From Dehalococcoidia bacterium (lineage in GTDB: Bacteria; Chloroflexota; Dehalococcoidia; GIF9; UBA5629), in assembly GCA_050011565.1 (NCBI GenBank), contig JBEKIW010000001.1:192001-256000 (forward strand): a DNA stretch of 64,000 bases, written 5' to 3'. A program made the position numbers and the translations under genes. Position 1 is the first letter of the stretch; each line of letters starts with the position of its first letter. This document shows, one piece after another, positions 34,353-44,327 of this stretch. The notes below the pieces were generated by a model. It saw only the letters and a program-made list of their open reading frames with translations. It made no database searches and was not told where the DNA came from.

Positions 34353-36128
34353 ATGCCGAATGAAAATAAATCCAAGCGCAATATGATAATAATGCTCGCT
34401 GTTGCCCTGTTCGTGATATTGGTGGGTAACCTGCTAGCCTGTACGACTCAGACCGACTGGGGCAAGGTAAAAGTTCGTGATGTGCGCTTTGCAGGGACTA
34501 ATGGCATCATTATGAGCGCTCTCTTGTATGAACCTAAAGGTGTAACCGCCAAGAATCCCGCTCCCGGCATACTTGCCATCCACGGCTACATTAACACCCG
34601 TGAAATGCAAGATGGCTTTGCCATCGAGTTCGCGCGGCGCGGCTACGTGGTACTGGCGCTAGACCAGACCGGCCATGGCTATTCAGACCCCCCGGCTTTT
34701 GAGAATTACTTTGGTGGGCCCGACGGTCTGCGGTACCTGCGCAGTCTCGACATCGTTGATAAAGACAACATTGGCCTCGAAGGGCACTCAATGGGCGGTT
34801 GGGCCCTTGTCTTCGCAGCGAAAGAGTTCCCAGATGGCTATAAGTCTGTCGTCCTGGAGGGTTCCGGTATCGGCAGTATAAACGCTACATTCCCACGCAA
34901 TATGGGTGTGGTTTTATCCGAATGGGACGAGTTCTCACAAGCCATGTGGGGCACGCCTGTGGCCAAGGACGCCGTTAAAGGTGCTTTGCTCAAGAAGGCC
35001 TTTGGTACAACAGACGACGTGGTGGTGGGCAAATTGTACGGCTCGATTGCGGATGGTACCGCTCGCAAATTTTATCAGCCGCGCACCACACACCCCGGCG
35101 ACCATATTTCCACCGCAGCCATTGGTGACGCGATTGACTGGTTCCAGTCAACTCTGCAGGGAGGCACACCTTTGCCACCTTCCGACCAAATCTGGTACTG
35201 GAAGGAAATCGGCAATCTGATTGCCCTAATAGGTATGGTCTTGCTGTTCTTCCCCGTCGCAAGTCTGCTCTTGAGAGCTAATTTCTTCAAAGACCTGGAT
35301 GAGGCTCCAGCCAATCCCAAGTCCGCCAAGGGCATTGCCTGGTGGATATCCGCCATCATTATTGTCGTCGTGCCGCCGTTAACCTATTTCTCGTTCAAGG
35401 AGTACGCTACCAAGTTCAAAATAGCGCCTAATCAAATCTTCCCCCAGTCATTCACTGCTCAACTTCTGGTCTGGCTGCTGCTGGTCGGTCTCATCGCACT
35501 GGTACTCTTCCTGATATGGCATTTCGCGTTCAACCGCAAGGCGAAAGCCACCGCCAGCGACTATGGCCTCACCTGGGGTAAAAAGCTGGACTGGGAAAAG
35601 ATTGGCAAGTCATTCTTATTGGCTTTCCTCGTAGCCTTTGTCGGTTACCTGACACTGGTATTCTCAGCCTGGCTGTTCACGGTTGATTTCCGCTTCTGGC
35701 TCTTTGCGGTGAAACCGCTGTCACCCATTCAATTCCGGGCCTTTTTGTCTTACCTGATTCCCTTTATCGTATACTTCGTGATTCTGGGTCTGGTACTGAA
35801 CGGGCAGTTGCGTCCCACCGGACGCAAAGGAACGGAATTGAGCCTGCGCAGCGAGATGTCCGTAAACGTGGTACTGCTGGTCCTGGGCTTCGTCGGTCTG
35901 TTGCTGTTTCAGTATATCCCGCTCCTGATGGGTGGCACACTGGCCCTTCGCAGCGAAATCCTATTCAGTATTATTGCCATACAGATATTGCCACTGCTGA
36001 CTATCGTGGCTCTAGTCTATACCTACTTCTATCGCAAGACAGGTCACATATACGCCGGTGCTTTCCTCAGTGCCATGCTGGTTACCTGGATTCTGGTTGC
36101 CTCGCAGGCTATTAACATTGCTTTCTAA
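34353..36128 (+). CDS. Alpha/beta hydrolase fused to multi-TM C-terminal domain
   Basis: HGY, GHGYS, GHSMGG; about 8 C-terminal TM segments; AGGAG RBS. Confidence 0.8.
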   Translation: MPNENKSKRNMIIMLAVALFVILVGNLLACTTQTDWGKVKVRDVRFAGTNGIIMSALLYEPKGVTAKNPAPGILAIHGYINTREMQDGFAIEFARRGYVVLALDQTGHGYSDPPAFENYFGGPDGLRYLRSLDIVDKDNIGLEGHSMGGWALVFAAKEFPDGYKSVVLEGSGIGSINATFPRNMGVVLSEWDEFSQAMWGTPVAKDAVKGALLKKAFGTTDDVVVGKLYGSIADGTARKFYQPRTTHPGDHISTAAIGDAIDWFQSTLQGGTPLPPSDQIWYWKEIGNLIALIGMVLLFFPVASLLLRANFFKDLDEAPANPKSAKGIAWWISAIIIVVVPPLTYFSFKEYATKFKIAPNQIFPQSFTAQLLVWLLLVGLIALVLFLIWHFAFNRKAKATASDYGLTWGKKLDWEKIGKSFLLAFLVAFVGYLTLVFSAWLFTVDFRFWLFAVKPLSPIQFRAFLSYLIPFIVYFVILGLVLNGQLRPTGRKGTELSLRSEMSVNVVLLVLGFVGLLLFQYIPLLMGGTLALRSEILFSIIAIQILPLLTIVALVYTYFYRKTGHIYAGAFLSAMLVTWILVASQAINIAF

Positions 36129-36178
36129 TCTAATGGTGTGGAGGTAGCAGCGGGCGCAAGACCGCATTGAGGAAAGAC

Positions 36179-36215
36179 GGTCGGGGTGCAGAGCTATGCA
36201 CCCCGACCTCGTTTT
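36179..36215 (+). terminator. Intrinsic terminator
   Basis: GGTCGGGGTGCA-GAGCTA-TGCACCCCGACC followed by TCGTTTT. Confidence 0.65.
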
Positions 36216-36286
36216 GCTGCGGAATTAGCGTGTCGGTTAGTTCGGATAGAGTTATGAAATTCACTGCCGAACAGTAAGCTCCGGTA

Positions 36287-38416
36287 TTATCCGGTCACTT
36301 TAGCCGTCTGCAGATACATCTGCCGAGCGTATTCTTTGACCATGCGCCGGGCGCTGAATAGCGGCGCGTTGGAGCGTATGGCCTCTTTGACTATCTGTAT
36401 CCAGCCGTGAGGTATGCCGTTGATGTCCCGGTCGTAGTAAAGAGGGACTATTTTTTCCTCTAAAAGGCGGTATAGTTCTTCCGAGTCAGCCTTATCCTGT
36501 GCTGCCGAATCAAGTTCAGCATTGCTGTGGATTGCCCAGCCGTTCTTGCCGTTGTAGCCTTCCTGCCACCAGCCGTCGAGTACGCTGAGATGCGGCACTC
36601 CATTAAGAGAAGCTTTTTGACCGCTGGTGCCGCTGGCTTCGTGAAGCGGCTGAGGGGTGTTGAGCCAGACATCGGCACCGTGAACAAGATAGCGTGCTAT
36701 GTGCATATCGTAGTCCTCGACGAAGGCTATTCTGCCGCCTAACTCCGGGTTTTTGGCGGCGTTGAATATTTCCTGGATAAGCTGTTTGCCGCGCTCGTCG
36801 TTGGGATGCGCCTTGCCGGAAAAAATTATCTGGAGGGGTCGAAATTCGTTGCAAAGCAGCTTTTTCAAGCGTCCGATATCCATTAAAATAAGCGAGGCAC
36901 GCTTGTAAGCGGTGAAGCGCCGGCAGAAAGCGATGGTGAGCACGTTAGTATCCAGCAAAGCCCCCATGGCTAAGGTCTGTTCCGGCGCTACACGGTCTTC
37001 AGCCCAGCGTTCTCTGGCGCGTTCGTTCACCATGCTGATGAGCTTATTCTTTAACCACTGACGCATTGCCCATATTTCCTCGTCCGGTATATCCGATACC
37101 TTCTCCCATAAAGTCGGGTCATCATGCCTCTTTAACCAGTCGTGTGCCAGGTATTTTTCATACAGGCCGGCTGCCTGCGGAGCTACCCAGGTGGAAACAT
37201 GGATGCCGTTAGTCACCGAGGTTATAGGTACATCCTTTTCTTCGGCATCAGGCCATAGAGAATTGCATGCCCGGCGACATAGGCTACCATGGAGCTGGCT
37301 GACGCTGTTGCGATAGTCGGCCGTTCTCAGGCCCAGTCCCGTCATGTTGAACGCTGAATTATCTGTTCCCTGTGCACCTAATTTGAGGAATGCATCTCTG
37401 GTTAAGCCAAGTGAATCCCAATATCGGTGGAAATACTTTCCAATAAGGTTGGAAGAATAGGTATCGCTGCCGCTGAGAACCGAAGTGTGTATTGTAAATA
37501 CAGTTGTAGCTCGCACTTTGTACAGGGCTTCTGTGTAGCTCAATCCCTTTGCCATCAACTCCCGGATACGTTCTAAAACCGTGAAAGCAGTGTATCCTTC
37601 GTTAATGTGACAGATGACCGGCTCGATATTAAGTGCCCTGAGAACGCGCACACCACCGATACCTATAATGATTTGCTGCTGCAGGCGCATCTCCTGGTCG
37701 CCGGCATAAAGACGCGCCGAAAGCTCGCGGTCAGGCTGTGAATTTCCTTCAACGTTGGTATCGAGCAAGTAGAGCTTTACCCGGCCGACATTCACCTGCC
37801 ATACCATAACACGTACGGACCTCGTATCCAGCGGCACTTCGACTGTTAAGGGCTGTCCATCAACATTAAGTACTTGACTTATGGGTGCTTCACTGAAATT
37901 CAGCTGCTCATATATCTCTTGCTGCCAACCATCGGCAGAAATATGCTGGTGAAAATAACCCTGTGGGTACATAAACCCTACACCCACCAGAGGCAATCCC
38001 AGGTCGCTTGACTCTTTGCAATAATCGCCGGCCAGTACGCCGAGCCCGCCGGCATAGAGCGGGAGCGAATTGTGTATGGCGAATTCAAGTGAGAAATAGG
38101 CTGTGACTTGCTGTTTAAGGTCCGGGTACTGTGTATTGAACCAGGTATCTGTCCCGGCTATGGCATCCTTAAAGTCCCTCATAACGGAGTCGTACTTTTT
38201 AAGAAATAGCGGGTCTTTAGCTACGTCTACCAATCGATGAGGATCGACTTGTTGCAGCATCTTAACCGGGTTATGCCCCGTAGCTTTCCACAGCGGAGCA
38301 TCCAGGGCTTTGAATAGCTGGCGTGCTGCTATATTCCAGCTCCACCATAGATTGTAGGTTAGCTCGCTTAAACCCTCTATACGCCGCGGAATATTGGTAA
38401 ATGGAGAGTTATTCAT
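36287..38416 (-). CDS. glgP: Alpha-glucan (glycogen/maltodextrin) phosphorylase
   Basis: NLWWSW, YAGGLGVLAGD, TNGIH, GKAHP, EASGTSGQK (PLP Lys), LDGWW. Confidence 0.9.
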   Translation of the reverse strand: MNNSPFTNIPRRIEGLSELTYNLWWSWNIAARQLFKALDAPLWKATGHNPVKMLQQVDPHRLVDVAKDPLFLKKYDSVMRDFKDAIAGTDTWFNTQYPDLKQQVTAYFSLEFAIHNSLPLYAGGLGVLAGDYCKESSDLGLPLVGVGFMYPQGYFHQHISADGWQQEIYEQLNFSEAPISQVLNVDGQPLTVEVPLDTRSVRVMVWQVNVGRVKLYLLDTNVEGNSQPDRELSARLYAGDQEMRLQQQIIIGIGGVRVLRALNIEPVICHINEGYTAFTVLERIRELMAKGLSYTEALYKVRATTVFTIHTSVLSGSDTYSSNLIGKYFHRYWDSLGLTRDAFLKLGAQGTDNSAFNMTGLGLRTADYRNSVSQLHGSLCRRACNSLWPDAEEKDVPITSVTNGIHVSTWVAPQAAGLYEKYLAHDWLKRHDDPTLWEKVSDIPDEEIWAMRQWLKNKLISMVNERARERWAEDRVAPEQTLAMGALLDTNVLTIAFCRRFTAYKRASLILMDIGRLKKLLCNEFRPLQIIFSGKAHPNDERGKQLIQEIFNAAKNPELGGRIAFVEDYDMHIARYLVHGADVWLNTPQPLHEASGTSGQKASLNGVPHLSVLDGWWQEGYNGKNGWAIHSNAELDSAAQDKADSEELYRLLEEKIVPLYYDRDINGIPHGWIQIVKEAIRSNAPLFSARRMVKEYARQMYLQTAKVTG

Positions 38417-38475
38417 TTATTGATTGACTGGGTATTATAACCGTTGTCTGGCGCTAAGTAAATCGGCGGTTTTCC

Positions 38476-39045
38476 CTAGCCCAGTATAATATCATCGAGT
38501 GCCCGCTTCGGCACATGGTGTACTCCCTGGCCATCCCGCCAGTATTTGACGTCTCCATCGGGCCTGATTTTTTCAATTACAACGGTTTCTTTAGGTTTGC
38601 CCAGTGCGATGACGAGGACTATTTCATAGCGCGGTTCTATATCCAGCGCCTTGCTCAGCTCCTTTCTGTTCACAGTGGCAATCATGCAGCCACCTAAGCC
38701 TCTCTCCGTAGCTCCCAGTAGGATACTTTGGGCGGCTATTCCGTGGTCGCAGCCAACAGACTGGCTTATTTCGGTGTCCCCCAACATAATTATATATGCT
38801 GACGGCCTCTCTCCCTCTTCCGGTCCCTTCCAGCCTTTGAGATAAGCCGCCCAGCCCAGATTCGGAAATATCACGGCATTCTTTTTTGATTCACAGGAGA
38901 GCACATATTTGAGCGGCTGCAGATTGAGCGCGGAAGCCGACAGCCTGCCCAGGTCCACCAGCTCCTTCAGTGTTTCGAGCTTTACGGGGACGTCCTGATA
39001 AAATCTCCGGTAGCTTCTATTTTTCCGTACTATCTCTGCTAACAT
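38476..39045 (-). CDS. Nitroreductase family protein
   Basis: NRSYRRF, SA.NLQPL, DHGIAAQS, HHVPKR. Confidence 0.88.
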   Translation of the reverse strand: MLAEIVRKNRSYRRFYQDVPVKLETLKELVDLGRLSASALNLQPLKYVLSCESKKNAVIFPNLGWAAYLKGWKGPEEGERPSAYIIMLGDTEISQSVGCDHGIAAQSILLGATERGLGGCMIATVNRKELSKALDIEPRYEIVLVIALGKPKETVVIEKIRPDGDVKYWRDGQGVHHVPKRALDDIILG

Positions 39046-39075
39046 TCCTTTATCTCCTTCTTAACATATTTTTGG

Positions 39076-39642
39076 CTATATCGACAGAAAGTGCAAGCCC
39101 CAGACGCCGATATAGGCGAAGAATATGTTCTTGGGTATCCTGCCGGCGGCGCCGAAAAGTAAGAACTTCCATACCGGATAACGGAGTGAGCCAGCGGCAG
39201 CACCAGCTACATCGAAAAGCGGATTGGGTATCAAAGCCAGAACGAAGATGGTGACGCTGCCCCACTTTCTCATCCATTGCACCATCTTGGTGTAGATGCC
39301 CACATTTTCAATAGCCAGGCGACCACCATAGCCCAGTAGGTAGCCGGTCATCTCACCGATTGTCCCACCGATGCCGGACACAATTCCTACCAGAACAGGG
39401 TTCAGTATGGCACCCAGGGCAGCTACCAAAATCCAGCTGGGCACAGGTAACACTATGCTGGCGGAAGATATTATAGAAATTATAAAGACACCGAGATAAC
39501 CATATCCCTGGAACTCTGCCACCTTCGCTCTATTTATGACCAGTAAAACAGACAGTGCCACCACGACGAGCAAGGCCAGAATTTGAAGGTAGCGGTCCCG
39601 TGTCCAGAATGGCTTTTTAACCTTATTATCTGTCTTCTGCAT
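39076..39642 (-). CDS. VTT/SNARE-associated (DedA superfamily) membrane protein
   Basis: GE.TGYLLGYGG, IPNPLFDVAG motifs. Confidence 0.85.
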   Translation of the reverse strand: MQKTDNKVKKPFWTRDRYLQILALLVVVALSVLLVINRAKVAEFQGYGYLGVFIISIISSASIVLPVPSWILVAALGAILNPVLVGIVSGIGGTIGEMTGYLLGYGGRLAIENVGIYTKMVQWMRKWGSVTIFVLALIPNPLFDVAGAAAGSLRYPVWKFLLFGAAGRIPKNIFFAYIGVWGLHFLSI

Positions 39643-39649
39643 AGTTTGG

Positions 39650-40912
39650 TTAGCTTTCTTTACTTTTCAGTTTAATCGGTATCACCGCAGCCGAACCGAT
39701 GATAAAGTATACGACACATATCAGAAGCATAACCGAATAGCCCAGTCCGGACTGCCTGGTGTTGAAAAAGTCGATTACCGGTCCTAAAAGTCTGGCTAGC
39801 GCTCCGGCTCCCGCTGTGGCTATATTGGTCAGTCCCAGGTAGCGCGCCTCTTCACCGGCCGGAACCAGGTCGGTAGCCAGTGCCCAGTTGGTGCTGAGAA
39901 AAGCTCCTGCAGACAGCCCCAGTAAACCGCCGCAGACCAATGTGCCCGCATAATTGCGTGACAGGAACAGCACCAAAATGCCAACGATGCCGACGAATCC
40001 TGAGAAGAGGATAATAGGCTTGCGGCCGAATCTATCAGAGAGCCGTCCCGCGGGATAAACTGCCAGGAGTAGAAAAACGCCGACTGTAATCAGTAAATCG
40101 GCGGCTACTCCCGCCGGGTTGGGATGATGTATGACATCTATTATGAAATACAGGGCAAAGGTCTGAAGTACCACCATTGCCATAAGGATGAACAATCGAG
40201 ACACGAGAAACCAGATAAAGCCGGGGTTGCCTTTAACATCGATCTTGTAGGCGCCAGCCATCGTTTTGACAGCCGACAGTTCACCAGTTGAAGATGACGG
40301 CTGCTCCTTTACCGTCAGCATAGTGGCCACCATCGCCGCCAGTAACATCAATCCGAGGAAGCCGATGGCTGCCCATAGCCATACATTACTGCCACTGGAA
40401 GTGTAATTATCCATGAAGTAAGCCACCAGTCGCAGGAAAGCTACACCGCCCAATATCTCCGCCAGGCCTTTGGCGCCGGAGGCTACTCCTCTACGTCCCG
40501 GCGGCACCAGGTCCGGAATAAACGCTTGAAAAGGACCCTGCGCTATGTTGGTAGCCACTTGCAGCAGGCAATAGCCTATGAGCAGGAAGAGGAAACTGCC
40601 GGAAATGCCTATGCTGGGCAGGAAGAGCAGGGCCAGCAGCGTTCCCACGAAGATAAAAGGCCGGCGCCGGCCCCAGCGCGAGCCGAAGCGGTCGCTGAGT
40701 GCCCCCGCCAGCGGTTGAACGAACACGGCTATCATCGATCCCACGAAGGTCAATAGACCGAGATAAGTGTTCTTTTGCGCATCGGGCGCGAACTCCAGAA
40801 GCCGGAGTGGAATTATCAGGCTGTGCAAGCTAGGCCAGAGAACCGAGAGAGCAGCGGCGAAAATGCTTATTTTTACATAATCGGCAGGTCGGAAGACTTT
40901 TTCTGAGGGCAC
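39650..40912 (-). CDS. MFS transporter
   Basis: GALSDRFGSRWGRRRPF and GRLSDRFGRK; about 12 TM. Confidence 0.88.
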   Translation of the reverse strand: MPSEKVFRPADYVKISIFAAALSVLWPSLHSLIIPLRLLEFAPDAQKNTYLGLLTFVGSMIAVFVQPLAGALSDRFGSRWGRRRPFIFVGTLLALLFLPSIGISGSFLFLLIGYCLLQVATNIAQGPFQAFIPDLVPPGRRGVASGAKGLAEILGGVAFLRLVAYFMDNYTSSGSNVWLWAAIGFLGLMLLAAMVATMLTVKEQPSSSTGELSAVKTMAGAYKIDVKGNPGFIWFLVSRLFILMAMVVLQTFALYFIIDVIHHPNPAGVAADLLITVGVFLLLAVYPAGRLSDRFGRKPIILFSGFVGIVGILVLFLSRNYAGTLVCGGLLGLSAGAFLSTNWALATDLVPAGEEARYLGLTNIATAGAGALARLLGPVIDFFNTRQSGLGYSVMLLICVVYFIIGSAAVIPIKLKSKES

Positions 40913-41020
40913 TGTAATTATCCCTATTAAGGGCGATTGTGCAGCTTTTCGGGGTAGTATATCACAGCTAGAGGATAACCACAGCTTGATTTGATGAGCA
41001 ATCAGCTGAAAATAGTCTGG

Positions 41021-41719
41021 TTAAATTCTGGGCAGAAGCGCTGCATATTTTTCCATCCGGCTCATGCCCGCTTCCGACTGTATCATCCACGTCATCCAGC
41101 ACAGCGCGATAGCCTTGTAGCCGACTTCCGGCGCTGTGCGCTCCATAAACTTAACGAATTCGATATCTGTTGACGGCATCTCCACGTTCGCCTTGGCTAA
41201 CATTTCAGCGATTACCCGTTTTACTATCTTGTCCGGCATCACCGTATCGACGCCGCCCATCATCCTCAGGTATTGAAAGCTGTTTATGCCGACTCCTTTA
41301 ATTCGGCCTATCGGGTCCGCCTCCCAGTTATCGAGGCTGGCGTTCCTTGCCCAATAGATGAAAGCCTGTCTATCGTCGAATCCCTTTTCTTTCTTAATCC
41401 CGGCTAAATAAGCGGCGACCGACTTTGCCATCTGCCACGAGCGCCTGTTTCTCCACACCTTTTCCAGTTCGGCAACATCGGCTGCAACCAAATCCTCAAC
41501 AGTTCTAATTTTTCCAGATTCTACGAATTCCTGCCTGAACTGCTCCACCCTGGGCACTACTGACTGGAAATAGTTTAAGCCGATGGATGTAAAAGCCGCA
41601 TCTACCACCATAAGGACGACATTCCCATCCCATCTTTCGGTCCGCAGGCAGCGCTCGATATAGTCGCTGACCTCAGGGACCTGCTGCATGTAGCTGTCGA
41701 CTGCGTCTTTGAGATTCAA
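41021..41719 (-). CDS. Hypothetical protein with helix-hairpin-helix motif
   Basis: IGRIKGVGINSFQYLRMMGGVDTVMPD resembles an HhH-GPD segment. Confidence 0.55.
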   Translation of the reverse strand: MNLKDAVDSYMQQVPEVSDYIERCLRTERWDGNVVLMVVDAAFTSIGLNYFQSVVPRVEQFRQEFVESGKIRTVEDLVAADVAELEKVWRNRRSWQMAKSVAAYLAGIKKEKGFDDRQAFIYWARNASLDNWEADPIGRIKGVGINSFQYLRMMGGVDTVMPDKIVKRVIAEMLAKANVEMPSTDIEFVKFMERTAPEVGYKAIALCWMTWMIQSEAGMSRMEKYAALLPRI

Positions 41720-41750
41720 ACCGCGTACAATCTTTCTGATTCGTAATTCA

Positions 41751-42014
41751 TTACAGGCTTTGATATGTATCTTCTCTACGCCTGGCTATTCGCACTATGG
41801 TGATTAGTTTCGTCTTGTCGTCTATGGCATATACCACTCTATATTTTCTCGCACGAATGCGCCATAGGCCGCTGTCAGCTAGCTTCTTGACTCTCCGTGG
41901 TGGTGGTTCTTGTGCCAGAGAGGAAATAATTTCGGCGATGGCTTTATAATCTCGTTCCGGCAGCTCATTCAATTGTTTTTGAGCTGCATGCCTAAGCTCA
42001 ATCTTGTAGCTCAC
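41751..42014 (-). CDS. RelE/ParE family toxin
   Basis: YKIEL..AQKQL..L..KKL...WRIR..KYRVVYAIDD..RREDTY. Confidence 0.88.
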   Translation of the reverse strand: MSYKIELRHAAQKQLNELPERDYKAIAEIISSLAQEPPPRRVKKLADSGLWRIRARKYRVVYAIDDKTKLITIVRIARRREDTYQSL

Positions 42015-42249
42015 GCCGAAGTCCCCGCTCTTTCCTGTGATGCTGATACGTTTCCCAGGTAATAGTGCCTTTCTTATCGGCCAGGGCTTTCAGCCCCTCC
42101 CTGACATCTTCCTCATCCTCCAGTATCTCTAATGTGGCGTCACGGATGAGTTTAGCCATTGAAGTACGTTGTTCGAAAGCTAATCGGCGGAGCCTCTCAT
42201 GTTGCTCCTCTGTCAGAAAAATAGTCGTTCTTTTTAAATTTGTGGCCAT
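41998..42249 (-). CDS. RHH antitoxin
   Basis: KRTTIFLTEEQHERLRRLA...SMAKLIR; overlaps the toxin start. Confidence 0.8.
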   Translation of the reverse strand: MATNLKRTTIFLTEEQHERLRRLAFEQRTSMAKLIRDATLEILEDEEDVREGLKALADKKGTITWETYQHHRKERGLRRELQD

Positions 42250-42268
42250 GGTCTATTCCCCCTCGATA

Positions 42269-42297
42269 AGGGTAACATATATATGTTGATATGTCAA
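42269..42297 (-). promoter_or_regulatory. TA promoter with palindromic operator
   Basis: TTGACA-N17-TACCCT on minus; palindrome AACATATATATGTT at 42274-42287. Confidence 0.65.
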
Positions 42298-42341
42298 AGA
42301 GGTCTTTAAGAGGTGTTACTTCCAGATATTAATAGCGGTAG

Positions 42342-42950
42342 TCATCCGGATTTTGTGCTGACCCTAACCCTTCTGACTATAAAGAATATGACAGCCGCCG
42401 CCACGAAAACGGCAAGCATATCGATGTACAAAGAATATTTTTCCAGAATATTCCAATTTTGCTTGAGCAGGTAGCCGACAAAGACCAGCGCCAGATTCCA
42501 CGGTATCGACCCTATAAAAGTAAATATGCAGAACTTAGGAAAGTTCATCTTACCGATGCCGGCCGGCAGTGCATTAACCGTTCTCACCAGAGGCAACATT
42601 CTGCAGAACAAGACAGTCAAACTGCCATACTTGTCAAACCATCTCTCTATCAGTTGAAGATGCCCCATGTTCAGCAGCACGTATTTCCCATATCTTTCAA
42701 TGAATCCTCTGCCGAGATACTTGCCTATTTCATAGGCTATTATGGAACCGGTCACATTGGCCAGGGAACTGACCAGTACGATTAACCAGATATTCATTTC
42801 TCCCATGTAGGCCAGGAACCCGGCGAACGGTATCACAGCCTCGCTGGGTATCGGAATCAAGGCGGATTCCAGCGTCATGGTGACGAAAATTCCTGCATAT
42901 CCCCAGGAGGATATCAGCCCGGTTATGAATTCAAGTATGTTTAGTATCAT
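42342..42950 (-). CDS. DedA family protein
   Basis: LES..IPIPSE, RMLPLVRT, PAG motifs. Confidence 0.9.
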   Translation of the reverse strand: MILNILEFITGLISSWGYAGIFVTMTLESALIPIPSEAVIPFAGFLAYMGEMNIWLIVLVSSLANVTGSIIAYEIGKYLGRGFIERYGKYVLLNMGHLQLIERWFDKYGSLTVLFCRMLPLVRTVNALPAGIGKMNFPKFCIFTFIGSIPWNLALVFVGYLLKQNWNILEKYSLYIDMLAVFVAAAVIFFIVRRVRVSTKSG

Positions 42951-43070
42951 TGCTTAGCCAGCATTATATCATTTAATAATTACGTGCTGAATTGCAGTAA
43001 TCGGAAAAATTTTTACTGTCTTGCTTTATTCTTAGTGGTTGTGGTGGTAAAATTAGGCTGAGCGTTAAGC

Positions 43071-43823
43071 ATGTCAGGTCATTCTAAGTGGTCGCAGATA
43101 AAGCGTCAGAAAGGTGTATCCGACCACCGCAGGGGACAGCTGTTTACCAAGCTTGCCCGCGAGATTATCGTGGCGGTGCGAGAAGGCGGCCCCAGCCCGG
43201 AGAATAACTTCCGCCTGCGACTGACTATACAGAAAGCCCGCGACAGTAACATGCCGTCCGATAATATTGAGCGGGCCATAAAGAAGGGCAGCGGCGAGGC
43301 TGGAGGCGCGGCTCTTGCCGAGATAACATTCGAAGGCTACGGCCCTCACGGCGTAGCGGTTCTGGTGGATGCGCTGACCGATAACCGCAATCGCACCGTC
43401 CAGGAAGTGCGCAGCCTGTTTGCACGCCACGGAGGCAGTCTCGCCACCAGCGGCTCGGTTTCCTGGCTGTTCGATACCAGAGGCGTGATTGTTGTAGAAA
43501 CCGCTGGTGCGCAAGCCGAGGAACTGGCCCTGACGGCCATTGATGCCGGCGCCGATGACGTCAAAGAGGAAAAGGGATACCTGGAAATTCTGACCACGCC
43601 GCAAAATTTGGAGACCGTGCGGAAAGTCGTGGAGAAAATAAAGGCGCCTGTTTCCGCTCAAGTTATGCGTGTGGCTAAGAAAACAGTGGTGCTGGAAGAA
43701 AAGGAAGCCATTCAAACTCTGAAGCTGCTCGACCATCTGGAAGAGCTCGATGACGTCCAGAGTGTTTGCGCTAATCTCGATTACGACGAGGCTGTTCTGG
43801 AGAAGCTGCAGGCTCAGGCATAA
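43071..43823 (+). CDS. yebC: YebC/PmpR family protein
   Basis: MSGHSKW, EGYGPHG, TDNRNRT, LDDVQ. Confidence 0.95.
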   Translation: MSGHSKWSQIKRQKGVSDHRRGQLFTKLAREIIVAVREGGPSPENNFRLRLTIQKARDSNMPSDNIERAIKKGSGEAGGAALAEITFEGYGPHGVAVLVDALTDNRNRTVQEVRSLFARHGGSLATSGSVSWLFDTRGVIVVETAGAQAEELALTAIDAGADDVKEEKGYLEILTTPQNLETVRKVVEKIKAPVSAQVMRVAKKTVVLEEKEAIQTLKLLDHLEELDDVQSVCANLDYDEAVLEKLQAQA

Positions 43824-43825
43824 TT

Positions 43826-44323
43826 ATGCGTGTTCTCGGCATTGACCCGGGCACTTTAAATTTGGGCTACGGCGTGATAGATGAGGAAGCGGGTGAGATG
43901 GCCATGGTTACCTGCGGCGTACTGAGCCTGCCCGCTAAAATCCCTGTCGAGCAAAGGCTTTCCTCTTTATATAAAAAACTCGTTGAAATTGTAGCCCGCC
44001 ACCGGCCCGACGAGGTAGCCATCGAGGAGCCGTTTGTGGCGGATAACCGTCGCTCAGCTCTGGCTATAGGCAGAGCCCAGGCCATAGCCATACTCGCCGC
44101 CGCCAATAAAAATCTGCCGGTCTTTCGCTACCTGCCGACGCAGGTAAAACAGCAGGTAACCGACTATGGCGGCAGCAGCAAAGAGCAGGTGCAGGAGATG
44201 GTCAGGCTTCAGCTCGGGCTGGCGGAACGTCCCGAACCCTCCGATGCCGCCGATGCCCTGGCTGTCGCCATCTGCCATCTGCATCAAAAGCACATCGAGA
44301 TTCTGCTGGCCAGAGGTAAATAA
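43826..44323 (+). CDS. ruvC: Holliday junction resolvase
   Basis: LGIDPG, AIEE, KEQV, DAADALAVAICH. Confidence 0.95.
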   Translation: MRVLGIDPGTLNLGYGVIDEEAGEMAMVTCGVLSLPAKIPVEQRLSSLYKKLVEIVARHRPDEVAIEEPFVADNRRSALAIGRAQAIAILAAANKNLPVFRYLPTQVKQQVTDYGGSSKEQVQEMVRLQLGLAERPEPSDAADALAVAICHLHQKHIEILLARGK

Positions 44324-44327
44324 GTAA

